DNA of 64,000 nucleotides. Origin: Sulfuritalea sp. (GTDB lineage Bacteria; Pseudomonadota; Gammaproteobacteria; Burkholderiales; Rhodocyclaceae). The stretch covers positions 15,179 through 79,178 of the forward strand of contig JADJQA010000008.1 of NCBI GenBank assembly GCA_016712985.1, given 5' to 3'. The notes beneath the pieces were generated by a model that worked only from the letters and a program-made list of their open reading frames with translations, did no database searches and was not told the DNA's origin. Both the position numbers and the translations under genes were made by a program. Numbering within the stretch: position 1 is the stretch's first letter; each line of letters opens with the position of its first letter. This document shows positions 36,495-47,681 of the stretch, piece by piece.

Positions 36495-39071
36495 TCAAAG
36501 GCTGATATCGACGCCGGAATCGGCGGCGGCAGGGGCGGTTCCGCCGCCAGTCATGCAGGTGCGAACGTCTTGCGCGAACTCCGCGCCTGTCTGGTAGCGC
36601 GCGTCCGGATCCTTGGTCATCGCCTTGTCGATGACCGCCACGACGCAGTCAGGCAGATCGGGGTTGAAGCCGCGTATGTCGGGATGCGGCTCGTTGGCGA
36701 TCTTGAACATCAGTTGCGCCATCGAATCGCCCTCGAAGGGCAGCTTGCCGCACGACATCTGGTACAGCATCACGCCCAGGGAGAACAGGTCGGAACGACC
36801 ATCGATCTTCTTGCCGGCGAGTTGCTCCGGCGACATGTAGCTCGGCGTGCCGAGCACCATGCCGGTCTTGGTCTTCGACGAATCGGTAATGCGCGCAATG
36901 CCGAAGTCGGTCACCTTTACCTGGTCGGCATCGGGCTCGTACATGATGTTCGCCGGCTTGATGTCACGATGCACGACATTGTTTTCGTGCGCATAGGACA
37001 GCGCATCGGCCACCCGCGCGACAATGCTCAGGACGCGTGGCAACGGCATCAGATTGCCCTGCTTGGTGTAGGGCGCCAGATCCTTGCCCTTGAGGAACTC
37101 CATCGCGATGTAGGCGAGATCGTGCTCCTCGCCGGCATCGAACATCGTGACGATATTGGCGTGGTTGAGGCGCCCCGCGGTTTCGGCCTCGCGGAAGAAA
37201 CGTTCCTTGACCTCGACCAGTTCGTCCGCCTCGAACTCCTGCGCGAGCGCCATGGTCTTGATCGCCACCACGCGATTGATCTTCGGATCGCGTCCAAGGT
37301 AGACCACGCCCATCGCCCCCTTGCCCAGCTCCTTCTCGATTTCGTAACGACCGAGCATCGGCTTTTCGACATTCCCCGCGGTATCGATCAGGCTGGCATT
37401 GCTGCGCCCCCCTCCACCGCCACCAAGAATCACCGTTTCCGAAAGCTGCTTGGCGCGGTTCAGGCGAGTTTCAATGTCGCGGAATTTCGGGTTGAAATCG
37501 AATATGTAGCGGAATGCCGCCTCCGCCTTGTTGAACTGGCGCTTGCGTTCGAAGTCTAGCGCCAGGTTGTACAGGTTCTCCATCAAGGCGTCATCCATCG
37601 GGCACTTGCGGAACTTGTCGAAGGCCATGTCAAGCTGTCCCTGGCCCTGGAAGGCCAACCCCAGCATGCGGTTCGACTCGGCCGAATCGGCATCGGACTT
37701 TTCCTTGCCGCGCTCGGAAACCAGGAAGCGTTTGGTGGTCAGCAGGAGATGGCCGACCAGCAGCAGAGTCGCCGGCACCATCAACTGCAGCCACATCAAC
37801 TGCGTCGTCATCAGCGTGAAATGAACGACGATCAATGCCACCAGCAGTCCCGCAGTGATGCCCGCCGCCATGCCGGCCTTGATCTTCGGCAACAACCCGA
37901 TCAGGTAGGCAGCGATCAGCAGGAACACCAGCTTTTCGACCCAGAAGCCCCAGGTCGGGGCGACGAAGAAATGCTCGGAAAGCAGGCTGGATACCGCATG
38001 CGCCTGCATCAGCACGGCCGGCATGGTCGGGCTGATCGGAGTGACAAACACACTGCCCACCGAAGATGACGTCGGCCCGATCAGGACGATCTTGTCGCGG
38101 TACTTGTCGTAGGGAATCTTGCCGCTCTTGACGTCGAAGAACGAATCCACCGGGAAGGCCGGGTGGCCATCACGGTCCTTGTAGTAGAAGGTCAGCATAC
38201 GCGTGTCGAGGTCGGTACCTATCTTGAGCTTGCCCAGCTTGACCGAGTCGCCGGCTGTTACCTGTATGTCCGCCACGGTCAGGTTGTCGCTCCTGGCCGC
38301 CACCAGCAGCGACAGCGAGGGATAGGCCTGATCGAAGTAGGACAGCACCAGTGGTTCGGTGCGAATCGCACCATCCACATCGGGAGTCACATTGAGATGG
38401 CCGATTGAGGCGGCCACCAGACCGAGCGGCTCGATCACGCCGGCATCGACCCCGAGGGTCGGATAGGGCGGCGCATCCGCGGCGCCAAGCAGCTTGACTG
38501 CGTTCTTCTTCACGTAATCGGGCAGTTCCTTGTCCGGCCGTCCGCGCGGCTCACCGAGCACGAAAAGCATGGGCAGCGCCACGTTCCCCGCCTTGGCGAA
38601 CGCATCGGCCAGGCGGCGGTCGGTGTTCAGCTTCTGGTCCGCCTCGAGCAGGATCGACTCGATCTGCGGGCAGGAGGATGCAGCGGTGGAAGCCTCGCCT
38701 GCCGCAGGCCTTGTGGCAACGCCGCAGGTCTGCATCAGCTTGCTGATATACACCAAGCCTTGATCGCGCTGCGGCTCGGAGTAGAACACGGTGGTGGCGA
38801 TCACCTTGGCTTTTGCCGCGGCAAGCTTGTCCACCATGTCGGCCATAACCTCGCGCGACCAGGGCCAGCGGCCAATGTTGTCGAGACTCGGCTTGTCGAT
38901 CGCAATCACGGCGACCTTGTCCGACGGAGTGCGCGAAGCAGCCGCCACACCCATGTCGTAAGCCTTGCGCTCCAGCCCCTGCAGTAGCTCGCCATTACCC
39001 AGAATCAGTACGACGACGCTGACGACAACACCGAAGAACCAGTCACTTTTCCAGAAGTCTGCCTTCTTCAT
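36495..39071 (-). CDS. CHASE2-sensor Ser/Thr protein kinase (kinase domain C-terminal)
   Basis: 858 aa. N-terminal CHASE2 (VAVIAIDKPSLDNIGRWPWSRE), TM block and a TPR-like linker. Hanks kinase motifs: GKGAMGVVY, VAIK, HRDIKPANIM, DFGIA, SPEQ. Confidence 0.9.
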   Translation of the reverse strand: MKKADFWKSDWFFGVVVSVVVLILGNGELLQGLERKAYDMGVAAASRTPSDKVAVIAIDKPSLDNIGRWPWSREVMADMVDKLAAAKAKVIATTVFYSEPQRDQGLVYISKLMQTCGVATRPAAGEASTAASSCPQIESILLEADQKLNTDRRLADAFAKAGNVALPMLFVLGEPRGRPDKELPDYVKKNAVKLLGAADAPPYPTLGVDAGVIEPLGLVAASIGHLNVTPDVDGAIRTEPLVLSYFDQAYPSLSLLVAARSDNLTVADIQVTAGDSVKLGKLKIGTDLDTRMLTFYYKDRDGHPAFPVDSFFDVKSGKIPYDKYRDKIVLIGPTSSSVGSVFVTPISPTMPAVLMQAHAVSSLLSEHFFVAPTWGFWVEKLVFLLIAAYLIGLLPKIKAGMAAGITAGLLVALIVVHFTLMTTQLMWLQLMVPATLLLVGHLLLTTKRFLVSERGKEKSDADSAESNRMLGLAFQGQGQLDMAFDKFRKCPMDDALMENLYNLALDFERKRQFNKAEAAFRYIFDFNPKFRDIETRLNRAKQLSETVILGGGGGGRSNASLIDTAGNVEKPMLGRYEIEKELGKGAMGVVYLGRDPKINRVVAIKTMALAQEFEADELVEVKERFFREAETAGRLNHANIVTMFDAGEEHDLAYIAMEFLKGKDLAPYTKQGNLMPLPRVLSIVARVADALSYAHENNVVHRDIKPANIMYEPDADQVKVTDFGIARITDSSKTKTGMVLGTPSYMSPEQLAGKKIDGRSDLFSLGVMLYQMSCGKLPFEGDSMAQLMFKIANEPHPDIRGFNPDLPDCVVAVIDKAMTKDPDARYQTGAEFAQDVRTCMTGGGTAPAAADSGVDISL

Positions 39072-39204
39072 CGGTCGCTACCTTGTGTGAGAGCCCTCAT
39101 TAAAACAGGACAATAAACGCAATTCTTACAGTCCTGCATCAACTCCGTCAATCAATTTCATGACATTTCGCCGGTTGGTGAAGCAATCTGCGGATTTTAT
39201 GCGC

Positions 39205-39242
39205 AAAAAAGCCGCACCGGCTTGCGCCGGCGCGGCTTTTGG
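39205..39242 (-). terminator. rho-independent terminator downstream of sucD
   Basis: Minus strand: AAAAGCCGCGCCGG-CGCAAG-CCGGTGCGGCTTTTTT. A 10-bp stem with one G-U pair, then a U-run. Confidence 0.7.
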
Positions 39243-39290
39243 TTTCGGCACAGAGCACCGTCTGTCGCCGTCGAGCCGGCGCCGACCCTT

Positions 39291-40187
39291 CTACTTCAGC
39301 AGCCCCTTGAGCAGCTTGGCCATTTCCGAAGGGTTGCGCGTCACCGTAAAGCCGCATTCCTCCATGATCGCCAGCTTGGCATTGGCCGTGTCGGCGCCAC
39401 CGGAAATCAGCGCACCGGCATGGCCCATGCGCTTGCCGGCCGGTGCGGTAACCCCGGCGATGAAGCCGACGATCGGCTTCTTCATGTTGGCTTTGCACCA
39501 CACTGCGGCGTCCGCTTCATCCGGGCCACCGATTTCGCCGATCATGATCACCGCGTCGGTATCTGGATCGTCGTTGAAGGCTTGCATGATGTCGATATGC
39601 TTGAGGCCATTGATCGGATCGCCTCCGGTACCCACGGCGGTCGACTGGCCCAGCCCGATCTCGGTGAGTTGCGCCACGGCTTCATAGGTCAGGGTGCCGG
39701 AGCGCGAAACCACGCCGATGCGGCCCTTGCGGTGAATGTGGCCGGGCATGATGCCGATCTTGACCTCCTCCGGAGTGATAACCCCCGGACAATTCGGGCC
39801 AAGCAACAGGGTCTTCTTGCCGCCGGCGGCTTCCTTGGCCTTCATCTTGTTGCGCACCAGAAGCATATCCCGCACGGGGATGCCCTCGGTAATGCAGATC
39901 ACCAGATCGAGGTCGGCCTCGCAGGCTTCCCAGATGGCGGCGGCGGCGCCAGGGGGCGGCACGTAGATCACCGAAACGGTGGCGCCGGTTTGCGCCTTGG
40001 CTTCCTTGACCGAGCCGAAGATGGGAATGTCAAAAATCTTCTCGCCGGCCTTTTTCGGATTCACGCCGGCGACGAAGCAGTTCTTGCCGTTGGCATATTC
40101 CTGGCACTTTTCAGTGTGGAACTGGCCCGTCTTCCCGGTGATGCCCTGGGTGATGATTTTGGAATTTTTGTTGATCAGAATGGACAT
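39291..40187 (-). CDS. sucD: succinyl-CoA synthetase alpha subunit
   Basis: 298 aa. [21 protein letters not shown]..., SRSGTLTYE and the GHAGA active-site His block. Confidence 0.95.
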   Translation of the reverse strand: MSILINKNSKIITQGITGKTGQFHTEKCQEYANGKNCFVAGVNPKKAGEKIFDIPIFGSVKEAKAQTGATVSVIYVPPPGAAAAIWEACEADLDLVICITEGIPVRDMLLVRNKMKAKEAAGGKKTLLLGPNCPGVITPEEVKIGIMPGHIHRKGRIGVVSRSGTLTYEAVAQLTEIGLGQSTAVGTGGDPINGLKHIDIMQAFNDDPDTDAVIMIGEIGGPDEADAAVWCKANMKKPIVGFIAGVTAPAGKRMGHAGALISGGADTANAKLAIMEECGFTVTRNPSEMAKLLKGLLK

Positions 40188-40208
40188 GTCTGTTCCTTGC
40201 TCTAAGGC

Positions 40209-41369
40209 TTATTTGACGGCGGCGACGATTTTGGTCGCTGCGTCGGCCATGGTGTCTGCTGCAATGATCGGCAGGCCGGAGTCCTTGAGGATCTGCTTGC
40301 CGAGGTCTTCGTTGGTGCCCTTCATGCGCACCACCAAGGGTACGCTGAGATGCGTTTCCCGTGCCGCGGCGACGATGCCGGTGGCAATCGTGTCGCATTT
40401 CATGATGCCACCGAAAATGTTGACCAGGATCCCATTCACCTTGGGATTCTTCAGCATGATCTTGAAGGCTTCGGTGACCTTCTCGGTGGTGGCGCCGCCG
40501 CCCACGTCGAGAAAGTTGGCCGGCTCGGCGCCGAACAGCTTGATGGTATCCATGGTCGCCATGGCCAAGCCTGCGCCATTCACCAGGCAGCCGATGTTGC
40601 CATCGAGCGAAATGTAGGACAGGTCGTACTTCGAGGCCTCAATTTCATCGGCATCTTCCTCGTCCAGGTCGCGGTAGGCGACGATCTCCGGCTGACGGTA
40701 AAGCGCGTTGGAATCGAAGTTGAACTTGGCGTCGAGCGCCTTGATGTTGCCATTGCCTTCAAGAATCAGCGGATTGATCTCCGCCAGGCTGGCATCGGTT
40801 TCCATGTAACAGGTGTAGAGCTTCTTGAAGGTATCCACGGCCTGCGCCAGGGAACCCTCCGGCACGCCGATGCCCCTCGCCAGTTCATTCGCCTGCGCGT
40901 CGGTGAGGCCTGTTGCCGGATCGACAAAAACCTTGATGATTTTCTCCGGTGTGTCGTGCGCTACTTTCTCGATATCCATGCCGCCTTCGCTGGACGCCAT
41001 CATGGCGACCCTCTGGGTGACGCGGTCGGTCAAAGCCGCAAGATAGTATTCGTGTTTGATGTCGGCGCCCTCCTCGATAAGCAGGCGGCGCACCTTCTGC
41101 CCAGCGGGGCCGGTCTGGTGCGTCGTGAGCTGCATGCCGAGAATTGCTTTCGCATACATCTTGAGTTCGTCGGGATTCTTGGCGACTTTCACGCCGCCCC
41201 CCTTGCCGCGTCCGCCGGCATGGATCTGGGCCTTGACCACCCAAACTTTGCCACCGAGGGTCTCGCCGGCCTTCACCGCGTCCTCAACGGAAAAGCAGGG
41301 AATGCCTCGCGGCGTGCTAATGCCGAATTTTTTCAGGATTTCCTTGCCCTGATATTCGTGGATCTTCAT
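40209..41369 (-). CDS. sucC: succinyl-CoA synthetase beta subunit
   Basis: 386 aa. [17 protein letters not shown]... ATP-grasp N-terminus. Immediately upstream of sucD. Confidence 0.95.
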   Translation of the reverse strand: MKIHEYQGKEILKKFGISTPRGIPCFSVEDAVKAGETLGGKVWVVKAQIHAGGRGKGGGVKVAKNPDELKMYAKAILGMQLTTHQTGPAGQKVRRLLIEEGADIKHEYYLAALTDRVTQRVAMMASSEGGMDIEKVAHDTPEKIIKVFVDPATGLTDAQANELARGIGVPEGSLAQAVDTFKKLYTCYMETDASLAEINPLILEGNGNIKALDAKFNFDSNALYRQPEIVAYRDLDEEDADEIEASKYDLSYISLDGNIGCLVNGAGLAMATMDTIKLFGAEPANFLDVGGGATTEKVTEAFKIMLKNPKVNGILVNIFGGIMKCDTIATGIVAAARETHLSVPLVVRMKGTNEDLGKQILKDSGLPIIAADTMADAATKIVAAVK

Positions 41370-41737
41370 TCGTCTTCCTTGTCGTGTGTCATGCGTTGAT
41401 CGGGGGCCGACATTTCTTTGTGGAACGGGGTGCCGGTCTTGTTGCTACGGAACTGGCACGGGTAATAACGCCAGACTGCCTCCGAAGTGGCTGCCGGAGC
41501 ATGATCCTGTCCAAGCCGGAAAGGCTTGACGCCCTGCGTGCGGCCGTCAGTATCACACATCTCATTGGCAGTGGTCTGGGTCGTCGCCGCAAGAGCAGGC
41601 AAACACGTTTCTGCGCCATTGTTGCGGTGCGAAATATTAACATAGCAGTGCTTGAGCGACGCTTGCCGGCGCAACTCATCATTGCCGGCTTCCCGGTCAC
41701 TCCGATTCGCCCCCGTTAATGTATCCAGGAGGTCTCG

Positions 41738-43231
41738 ATGAACCATTCCCGCTTTTTGTTGGCTCTGGATCAAGGCACTTCGAGTTCGCGCAGCATCGTG
41801 TTCGACACGCAGGGCCGCATTGTGTCGATGGCACAGCGTGAAATCCGCCAGATCTTTCCGCAACCCGGATGGGTTGAGCACGACCCGCGGGAAATCTGGG
41901 CCAGCCAGTTGGCAACCGCCCGCGAAGCTCTGGGCAAGGCCGGTATCGGCGGCGGCGACCTAGCCGGGCTGGGCATCACCAACCAGCGCGAAACCACTCT
42001 GGTATGGAACCGCGCCAGCGGCGAGCCCCTGTGCAATGCCATCGTCTGGCAGGATCGGCGCACCGAGCCCACCTGCGCCGCGTTGCGGCAACGTGGCTTT
42101 GAAGCGCTGGTGCGCGAAAGAACCGGCCTGATCATCGATGCGTACTTTTCCGGCACCAAGCTCAAGTGGATACTCGACAACTGTGGCGGCGCGCGCGACG
42201 CGGCAGGCCGTGGTGAGCTGGCCTTCGGCACCGTTGACTCGTGGCTGACCTGGCATCTGACCGGCGGCGCTGTGCACGCCACGGATGTCAGCAACGCTTC
42301 GCGCACCATGCTCTTCGACATTCACCGCAACCAGTGGGACGAAGACTTGCTGGCGTTGCTAGACATTCCGCGTGAAGTCCTGCCCGAGGTGCATGCTTCG
42401 AGCCACATCTATGGCCATGCGCGTGCCGATCTGTTCGGCGCGGCGGTCACTATCGGCGGCATCGCCGGCGACCAGCAAAGCGCGCTGTTCGGCCAGGCCT
42501 GCTTTGCCTCCGGCCTGGCCAAGAACACCTATGGCACCGGCTGCTTCCTGCTGATGCATACCGGTCAGCATTGCCTGACCAGCAGCAACGGGCTGATCAG
42601 CACCAGCGTCGCGCAAGTCACCGCGACGCCCGAGTTCGCCCTCGAAGGCAGCGTGTTCGTGGGCGGCGCCGTCGTACAGTGGCTGCGCGACGGCTTGCAG
42701 GCCATCAAGGGCAGCGCCGCCGTGCAGGATCTGGCCGAAAGCGTGCCCGACAGCGGCGGCGTGATCGTCGTACCGGCCTTCACCGGCCTCGGCGCACCGT
42801 ACTGGAAGCCCGATGCACGCGGCGCCATCCTGGGCCTGAGCCGCGGCACGACGCTGGCGCACATCGCCCGTGCCGCGCTGGAAAGCATCGCCTTCCAGAG
42901 CACGGCCCTGTTGCAGGCCATGAGCCGCGACCTGGCGGAAAGTGGCGGCGTCACGGAGCTGCGCGTCGATGGCGGCGCCTGCGTGAACAACCTGCTGATG
43001 CAGTTTCAGGCCGACCTGCTTGGCATCCCCGTGGTGCGGCCCCGAGTCATCGAAACCACCTCGCTGGGCGCAGCGTATCTGGCCGGCTTGTCCTGCGGAG
43101 TCTATGCGGGGCTCGCCGAACTCGCCGCGCAATGGCAGGCGGAGCGGACCTTCCAGCCGACCATGTCACGCAGCGGCGCTGACGATCTGATGCAGCGCTG
43201 GGAGCACGCGGTGGCGCAGACAGCGCTTTGA
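41738..43231 (+). CDS. glpK: glycerol kinase
   Basis: 497 aa. [28 protein letters not shown] and other FGGY kinase blocks. Confidence 0.95.
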   Translation: MNHSRFLLALDQGTSSSRSIVFDTQGRIVSMAQREIRQIFPQPGWVEHDPREIWASQLATAREALGKAGIGGGDLAGLGITNQRETTLVWNRASGEPLCNAIVWQDRRTEPTCAALRQRGFEALVRERTGLIIDAYFSGTKLKWILDNCGGARDAAGRGELAFGTVDSWLTWHLTGGAVHATDVSNASRTMLFDIHRNQWDEDLLALLDIPREVLPEVHASSHIYGHARADLFGAAVTIGGIAGDQQSALFGQACFASGLAKNTYGTGCFLLMHTGQHCLTSSNGLISTSVAQVTATPEFALEGSVFVGGAVVQWLRDGLQAIKGSAAVQDLAESVPDSGGVIVVPAFTGLGAPYWKPDARGAILGLSRGTTLAHIARAALESIAFQSTALLQAMSRDLAESGGVTELRVDGGACVNNLLMQFQADLLGIPVVRPRVIETTSLGAAYLAGLSCGVYAGLAELAAQWQAERTFQPTMSRSGADDLMQRWEHAVAQTAL

Positions 43232-43252
43232 ACCCGGCTTACATCCCGCGTC

Positions 43253-44533
43253 TCAGATTATGTAGGTCCGCAGCGACCCAAACCCCTTGACATCGATGTG
43301 GCCCCGTTCTACCGCTTTGACTGTCCCGCGCACCTTGTTGTAGGTTTGCTCGGATAGCTGAATCTTTCCTGGCACCCCGCTTGATTCCAACCTGCTCGCC
43401 AAGTTGACCGTGGTACCCCACAGATCATAGGCGTAACGACTTGTCCCGATTACCCCGGAAATCAGATCGCCAGAATGGACTCCAATCCGGATGGACAAAG
43501 GCAGGTGGTGTTTTTCGCCAATTTCCCTCGTCAGCTCGACCATCCTGATGGCAAGCAAGACCACCGACAACGGCCCCCCGACTTCGTTTCCGGACACACT
43601 TGCTGCCATGTACCCGTCGCCAATCGTCTTGATCCGATCGACATTCAATTCCTTCGCCGCGACATCGAAAGCGCTAAAGAGATCGTTTAGCACCGTCACC
43701 AGGCCTCTGGGCGGTAGTGATGCCGTTATCGCCGTAAAGCCGACAAGATCCGAAAAGAGAACTGAAACTTCCCCATGGTAATCCGCGATTGGAAACTGGT
43801 TCTTCGCGATTCGTCTGGCGATGTGTTCGGGCACCATTGTGTAGAGCAGTTCCTGGTATCGGAGATTCTGTTCTGCGAGCTTCCGTTTGGCCATGAACTG
43901 ACCTCGCCTTGTCCGTTCAGTCTGATAACACGCCGTTGCGCCCAAAACCAAGGCATACAGATCATTGGAAAAATACCCGAACAGGAACTCGAAGAACTCG
44001 CCGCTACCCCAAAGCGCCGCAGCCAGCGAGTGGATTGCGATAACGCCGCTCGCTACAAGCAGCGCGTTCGTCAAGGGAAGGCAGGTCAAGGTGCAGACGG
44101 CAACGATAATCAGCAGGAAATTCGCGGCCCCGAGACCGCCGGTTATTCCCAGCGGTCCGGGCTCAAAGGCAACCGCGATTGCCGCTGTGACCGCCGAAAA
44201 CAGCAAGATGAATACCGCAGCCACCGAGTTGATGTGGTCTTGAGCGTTCGCTCGTCGCGCAAGGTACCATCCACCAAGGCATACCGGTATCCCCAACACT
44301 ATCCGGATGCCCGAAGCGAGATCGCCATACCCCTCGTGGTTCTGATCATCCCAGATGAAAGCCAGGAGGAGGAAGAGCGCCACCAGGGACAGCCACTTCA
44401 AGAATACGCATGCATCAGAGCGGTACTCCCGCAAAAAGGCCTGTTCTTGCTCTGGATCCTGGAACTTGAGCGACGGCAACCTCGATTCCAGCGCCGATGC
44501 GGTAAACCATCGCGAGACGTTGAAAAATCCCAC
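43253..44533 (-). CDS. membrane-anchored class III adenylate/guanylate cyclase
   Basis: 426 aa. About 6 N-terminal TM segments, then VSVLFSDLVGFTA...IKTIGDGYMA...GTTVNLASRLES. Confidence 0.85.
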   Translation of the reverse strand: MGFFNVSRWFTASALESRLPSLKFQDPEQEQAFLREYRSDACVFLKWLSLVALFLLLAFIWDDQNHEGYGDLASGIRIVLGIPVCLGGWYLARRANAQDHINSVAAVFILLFSAVTAAIAVAFEPGPLGITGGLGAANFLLIIVAVCTLTCLPLTNALLVASGVIAIHSLAAALWGSGEFFEFLFGYFSNDLYALVLGATACYQTERTRRGQFMAKRKLAEQNLRYQELLYTMVPEHIARRIAKNQFPIADYHGEVSVLFSDLVGFTAITASLPPRGLVTVLNDLFSAFDVAAKELNVDRIKTIGDGYMAASVSGNEVGGPLSVVLLAIRMVELTREIGEKHHLPLSIRIGVHSGDLISGVIGTSRYAYDLWGTTVNLASRLESSGVPGKIQLSEQTYNKVRGTVKAVERGHIDVKGFGSLRTYII

Positions 44534-44854
44534 AGTCAGAAGGCCTGTCTGCCGGTTGCCGGGAATGTCTTGCCGCTGGTAGCCACCACGAATCGATCCA
44601 TTGACCGTTCACGCTCGTCCGCATCCCCGAGCCTGGTCTGGAAGAATTCCGTCTTGAAATGCAACATCAATCGCCAGTTCCTTCGTCGCACTGATTCTCA
44701 AACCAATTGCCAAACCGGTCCCCGTAGAGCGTTCCCTGCTGTTCCGCCCCCTTCAATGAAGACCAGGTGGAATCGAATCATCGATACCGAAAAACAATTT
44801 CGGGGAGTACTTCCGTTACTCCTGACCTTGGCTCCGCAGGTCGGCAATCAATGT

Positions 44855-45475
44855 TCAACTCCCGCGGCGGGTTTCCTGCAGGGTTTTCAGTTCAGGCAGC
44901 TTGAGCCGCTTGCGCCCCGGTTCGACCGCCGTCAGGGCCTCGACCTGCTTCATCGTCGCGTTGCAGCGCCTTGCCAGATCCAGATAGACGCCGGTGCCTT
45001 CCACCTTCCACGCCATCTCGATCTCGGTGAGCTCGCGCATCACCTTGGCCGGGACCCCGCCGGCCAGCATCCGCGGGGGAATTTCCATGCCGGCCCTGAC
45101 GAAACTTTGTGCCGCGACAATCGCCGATTCGCCAACCACGGCGTTATCCATCACCACGGCATTCATGCCGACCATGCCGTTGCGCCGCACGATGCAACCG
45201 TGCAGGATGGCGCCGTGGCCGACGTGGCCGTGCTCCTCGACGATGGTGTCGCTCCCCGGGAACCCATGCATCACGCAGCAATCCTGGACATTGGCGCCGG
45301 CGCCGATGTGCAGGCGACCGAAGTCGCCACGCAAACTGGCGCAGGGCCCGATGTAGGCGCCGGGACCGACGACGATGTCGCCAATCAGGACTGCCGATGG
45401 ATGCACGTAGGCGGTCGGGTCCACCACCGGGACGATCCCGTCAATCGCGTAGACTTTCAAGCCGCATCCCTCCAT
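44855..45475 (-). CDS. paaY: hexapeptide-repeat (gamma-carbonic-anhydrase-like) protein, PaaY-like
   Basis: [32 protein letters not shown]... left-handed beta-helix repeats in a paa context. Start is ATG 45475 or TTG 45460 (GGAGGG upstream). Confidence 0.75.
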   Translation of the reverse strand: MEGCGLKVYAIDGIVPVVDPTAYVHPSAVLIGDIVVGPGAYIGPCASLRGDFGRLHIGAGANVQDCCVMHGFPGSDTIVEEHGHVGHGAILHGCIVRRNGMVGMNAVVMDNAVVGESAIVAAQSFVRAGMEIPPRMLAGGVPAKVMRELTEIEMAWKVEGTGVYLDLARRCNATMKQVEALTAVEPGRKRLKLPELKTLQETRRGS

Positions 45476-45500
45476 TCCACGCCTCGCGGCCGAACGCTCA

Positions 45501-47159
45501 TCAGACGTGCCGCCGGCTCTGGACCACGAAGAAGCGACTGGCGACAAAGGCACTGTCGGTCAGGCAGGCGTTCGCCGCCGGGTTGGCGCCGGTGGCGTGG
45601 AAGTCCGAGAAACCCGCCGACTGGTTGACGAATACGGCACCGGTGAGATTGATCGACAGTGCCACGCCGACGCGCAAGGCCGCCTCTTCCGCACGCTCCA
45701 CCAGCAGCGGATTGGTGGAATACAGTGCGAAGGTGATCGCCCCCTGCTCGCGAATCACACGCTCGGCCGTGGCGAGGCTTTCCGCCGCGGTCGCGGTTTC
45801 GACCACGAGGCTGATCGGACCGAAGCGCTCTTTCGCGTAGGCGTCCTGCTCTGTAGCAGCCACCTTGAGGATCAGCGGGCTGCGTATGTTGGCTTCCGGC
45901 CATTGCGGGTGCGCAATCGCGCTGGATGCGCGCAGCACCTCGCCGAGTTCCTGGGCAGCATCGAGACGCGCCAGCGTAGCCGGCGACTGGATGGCCCCCA
46001 GCACTTCGACTGCGCGCACCGGGTCCTCGAGCAATCTGGATACCGCGTTGGCCAGGTCCCGCCCAAACTGCTCCGCCGAAACCACTCCCTCCGGTGTTTT
46101 TACCCCCTCGCGCGACACAAAGATGCTCTGCGGCGTGGTGCACATCTGGCCCGAATACAGCGACAGCGTGAAGGCAAGGTTCTTCAGCATCGCCTTGTAG
46201 TCGTCGATCGAATCCACCACGATGCAGTTCACTCCGGCCTTCTCCGTGTACACGATCGCATGACGGCAATTCTGTTCGAGCCAGTTGCCGAAATCGGGGC
46301 CGCCGGTGTAGTCGATCAGGCGCACCTCGGGTCTCATCGCGACCTCCTTCGCGACGGGCGCCTCCGGGTCGTCAATCAGCAGGCTCACCAGATTCGGGTC
46401 GAAGCCGGCTTCCTTGAGCCCCACGCGCGCCACCGAGACAGCGAGCGCAAGCGGCAGGATCACCGCGGGATGCGCCTTGACGATCACCGGGTTGCCGGTG
46501 ACCAGGCTGGCAAAAATTCCGGGGTAGCCATTCCAGGTCGGAAAGGTCGAGCAGGCGATGACCAGCGCCACGCCACGCGGCACGATCGTGAACCTCTTCT
46601 CCATCTTCAGCGGCGGATTCTTGCCCTGCGGCTTTTCCCAGAGAGCCAACGCCGGCACATGATTCATTTCCCGCCAGGCATAGGCAACGGCTTCGAGACC
46701 GCGATCCTGGGCATGCGGCCCGGCTGCCTGAAAGGCCATCATCAACGCCTGACCCGTGGTGTGCATCACCGCATGCGCCATCTCGAAACTGCCGGCGTTG
46801 AGGCGGGCAAGGATTTCGAGACAGACCCCCGCCCGGGTATCCGCTCCGGCCTTGATCCAGCCCGGCATGGCCGCCTTGCCGGCGTCGATCAGGGCGTCGG
46901 CCCTGCACCGCGGGTAGGAGATGTTCAGGGGCAGGCCGTAGGGCGACACTTCCGCGCCGCCGCGATCGATGACACCCGGCTGATCCAGGTAGAACTGCGC
47001 GCCGCGATAGGCCTCGAAGGCCTTGTGCCCGTCCGCGATGGCGGACTCGCCGTAGGCGCGCGGCCCTTCGGCATAGGGACTCCAGTAACCGCGCGATTCA
47101 ATTGCCGCAACCGCGCGCTGCAACAGGGCCTGGTGCTTTTCGAACATTGCATGGGGCAT
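45501..47159 (-). CDS. paaN: PaaN-type aldehyde dehydrogenase (phenylacetate ring-opening branch)
   Basis: About 552 aa from [13 protein letters not shown]. Aldehyde-dehydrogenase-fold blocks in a paa neighbourhood. Confidence 0.75.
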   Translation of the reverse strand: MPHAMFEKHQALLQRAVAAIESRGYWSPYAEGPRAYGESAIADGHKAFEAYRGAQFYLDQPGVIDRGGAEVSPYGLPLNISYPRCRADALIDAGKAAMPGWIKAGADTRAGVCLEILARLNAGSFEMAHAVMHTTGQALMMAFQAAGPHAQDRGLEAVAYAWREMNHVPALALWEKPQGKNPPLKMEKRFTIVPRGVALVIACSTFPTWNGYPGIFASLVTGNPVIVKAHPAVILPLALAVSVARVGLKEAGFDPNLVSLLIDDPEAPVAKEVAMRPEVRLIDYTGGPDFGNWLEQNCRHAIVYTEKAGVNCIVVDSIDDYKAMLKNLAFTLSLYSGQMCTTPQSIFVSREGVKTPEGVVSAEQFGRDLANAVSRLLEDPVRAVEVLGAIQSPATLARLDAAQELGEVLRASSAIAHPQWPEANIRSPLILKVAATEQDAYAKERFGPISLVVETATAAESLATAERVIREQGAITFALYSTNPLLVERAEEAALRVGVALSINLTGAVFVNQSAGFSDFHATGANPAANACLTDSAFVASRFFVVQSRRHV

Positions 47160-47231
47160 TCGGGTTCTCCTGGGAAATCGCCACTTCTCGGGTCGATCGG
47201 CGGTGTGTTGCGGGTGCAACGATAGCAGGTA

Positions 47232-47681
47232 TCACAACAGGGTAACCCACTCCTGAGCCCAGTTAAGCGCCTCCTCGTCGGGCAGCGGCTGCGTGCAGGC
47301 ATCGATCTCGAGCCGCTCGCCCAACCTGCGTGCCCCGCAGTCCGAAAACAGGGCGTCCATATCCTTGCCGGCCTTGCAGAAGGTTGCCTTGTAGGTCTGG
47401 TCGCCGAGCGCAATCACGCCGTAGCGCAGATGCGAAAGGTCAGGCGCTTCTGCGCGCAGGCGTTCGGCCAGCGGAATGATGTTGTCCGGCAGTTCGCCAT
47501 CGCCGTGCGTCGAGGTACACACCAGCACCACGTCGCGATCCGCAAGATCGACGCTGCCGGCATCGGCGTCGCCGGCGACCTCGACTTCATGGCCGAGGCC
47601 GGGCAGGTTGTCCGACAGATGGTCGGCACACATCTGGGCGTTGCCCGACTCGGTGCCGACGATGATCAGTATCCTGGCCAT
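47232..47681 (-). CDS. flavodoxin
   Basis: 149 aa. MARILIIVGTESGNAQ FMN-phosphate loop and an acidic composition. Confidence 0.8.
   Translation of the reverse strand: MARILIIVGTESGNAQMCADHLSDNLPGLGHEVEVAGDADAGSVDLADRDVVLVCTSTHGDGELPDNIIPLAERLRAEAPDLSHLRYGVIALGDQTYKATFCKAGKDMDALFSDCGARRLGERLEIDACTQPLPDEEALNWAQEWVTLL

Noticed and set aside
34871-39071. Kinase/PP2C/FHA triad as part of a type VI secretion cluster
   Set aside because: No TssA-M, Hcp or VgrG genes lie anywhere in the window, so only the regulatory logic is analogous.
41370-41737. 368-nt sucC-glpK divergent intergenic region as a possible ncRNA or riboswitch
   Set aside because: I could not identify a conserved structure, repeat or promoter consensus by eye. 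It needs covariance-model scanning before any claim can be made.
43775-45628. 617-aa plus-strand ORF across the cyclase, the gap and paaY
   Set aside because: It runs antisense through two supported minus-strand genes and an intergenic gap. Its composition is implausible and it has no domain signatures.
45507-47225. 572-aa plus-strand ORF mirroring paaN
   Set aside because: It has the same length as the minus-strand aldehyde dehydrogenase and is its mirror image. The Arg/Gly-rich sequence marks it as a GC-driven shadow ORF.
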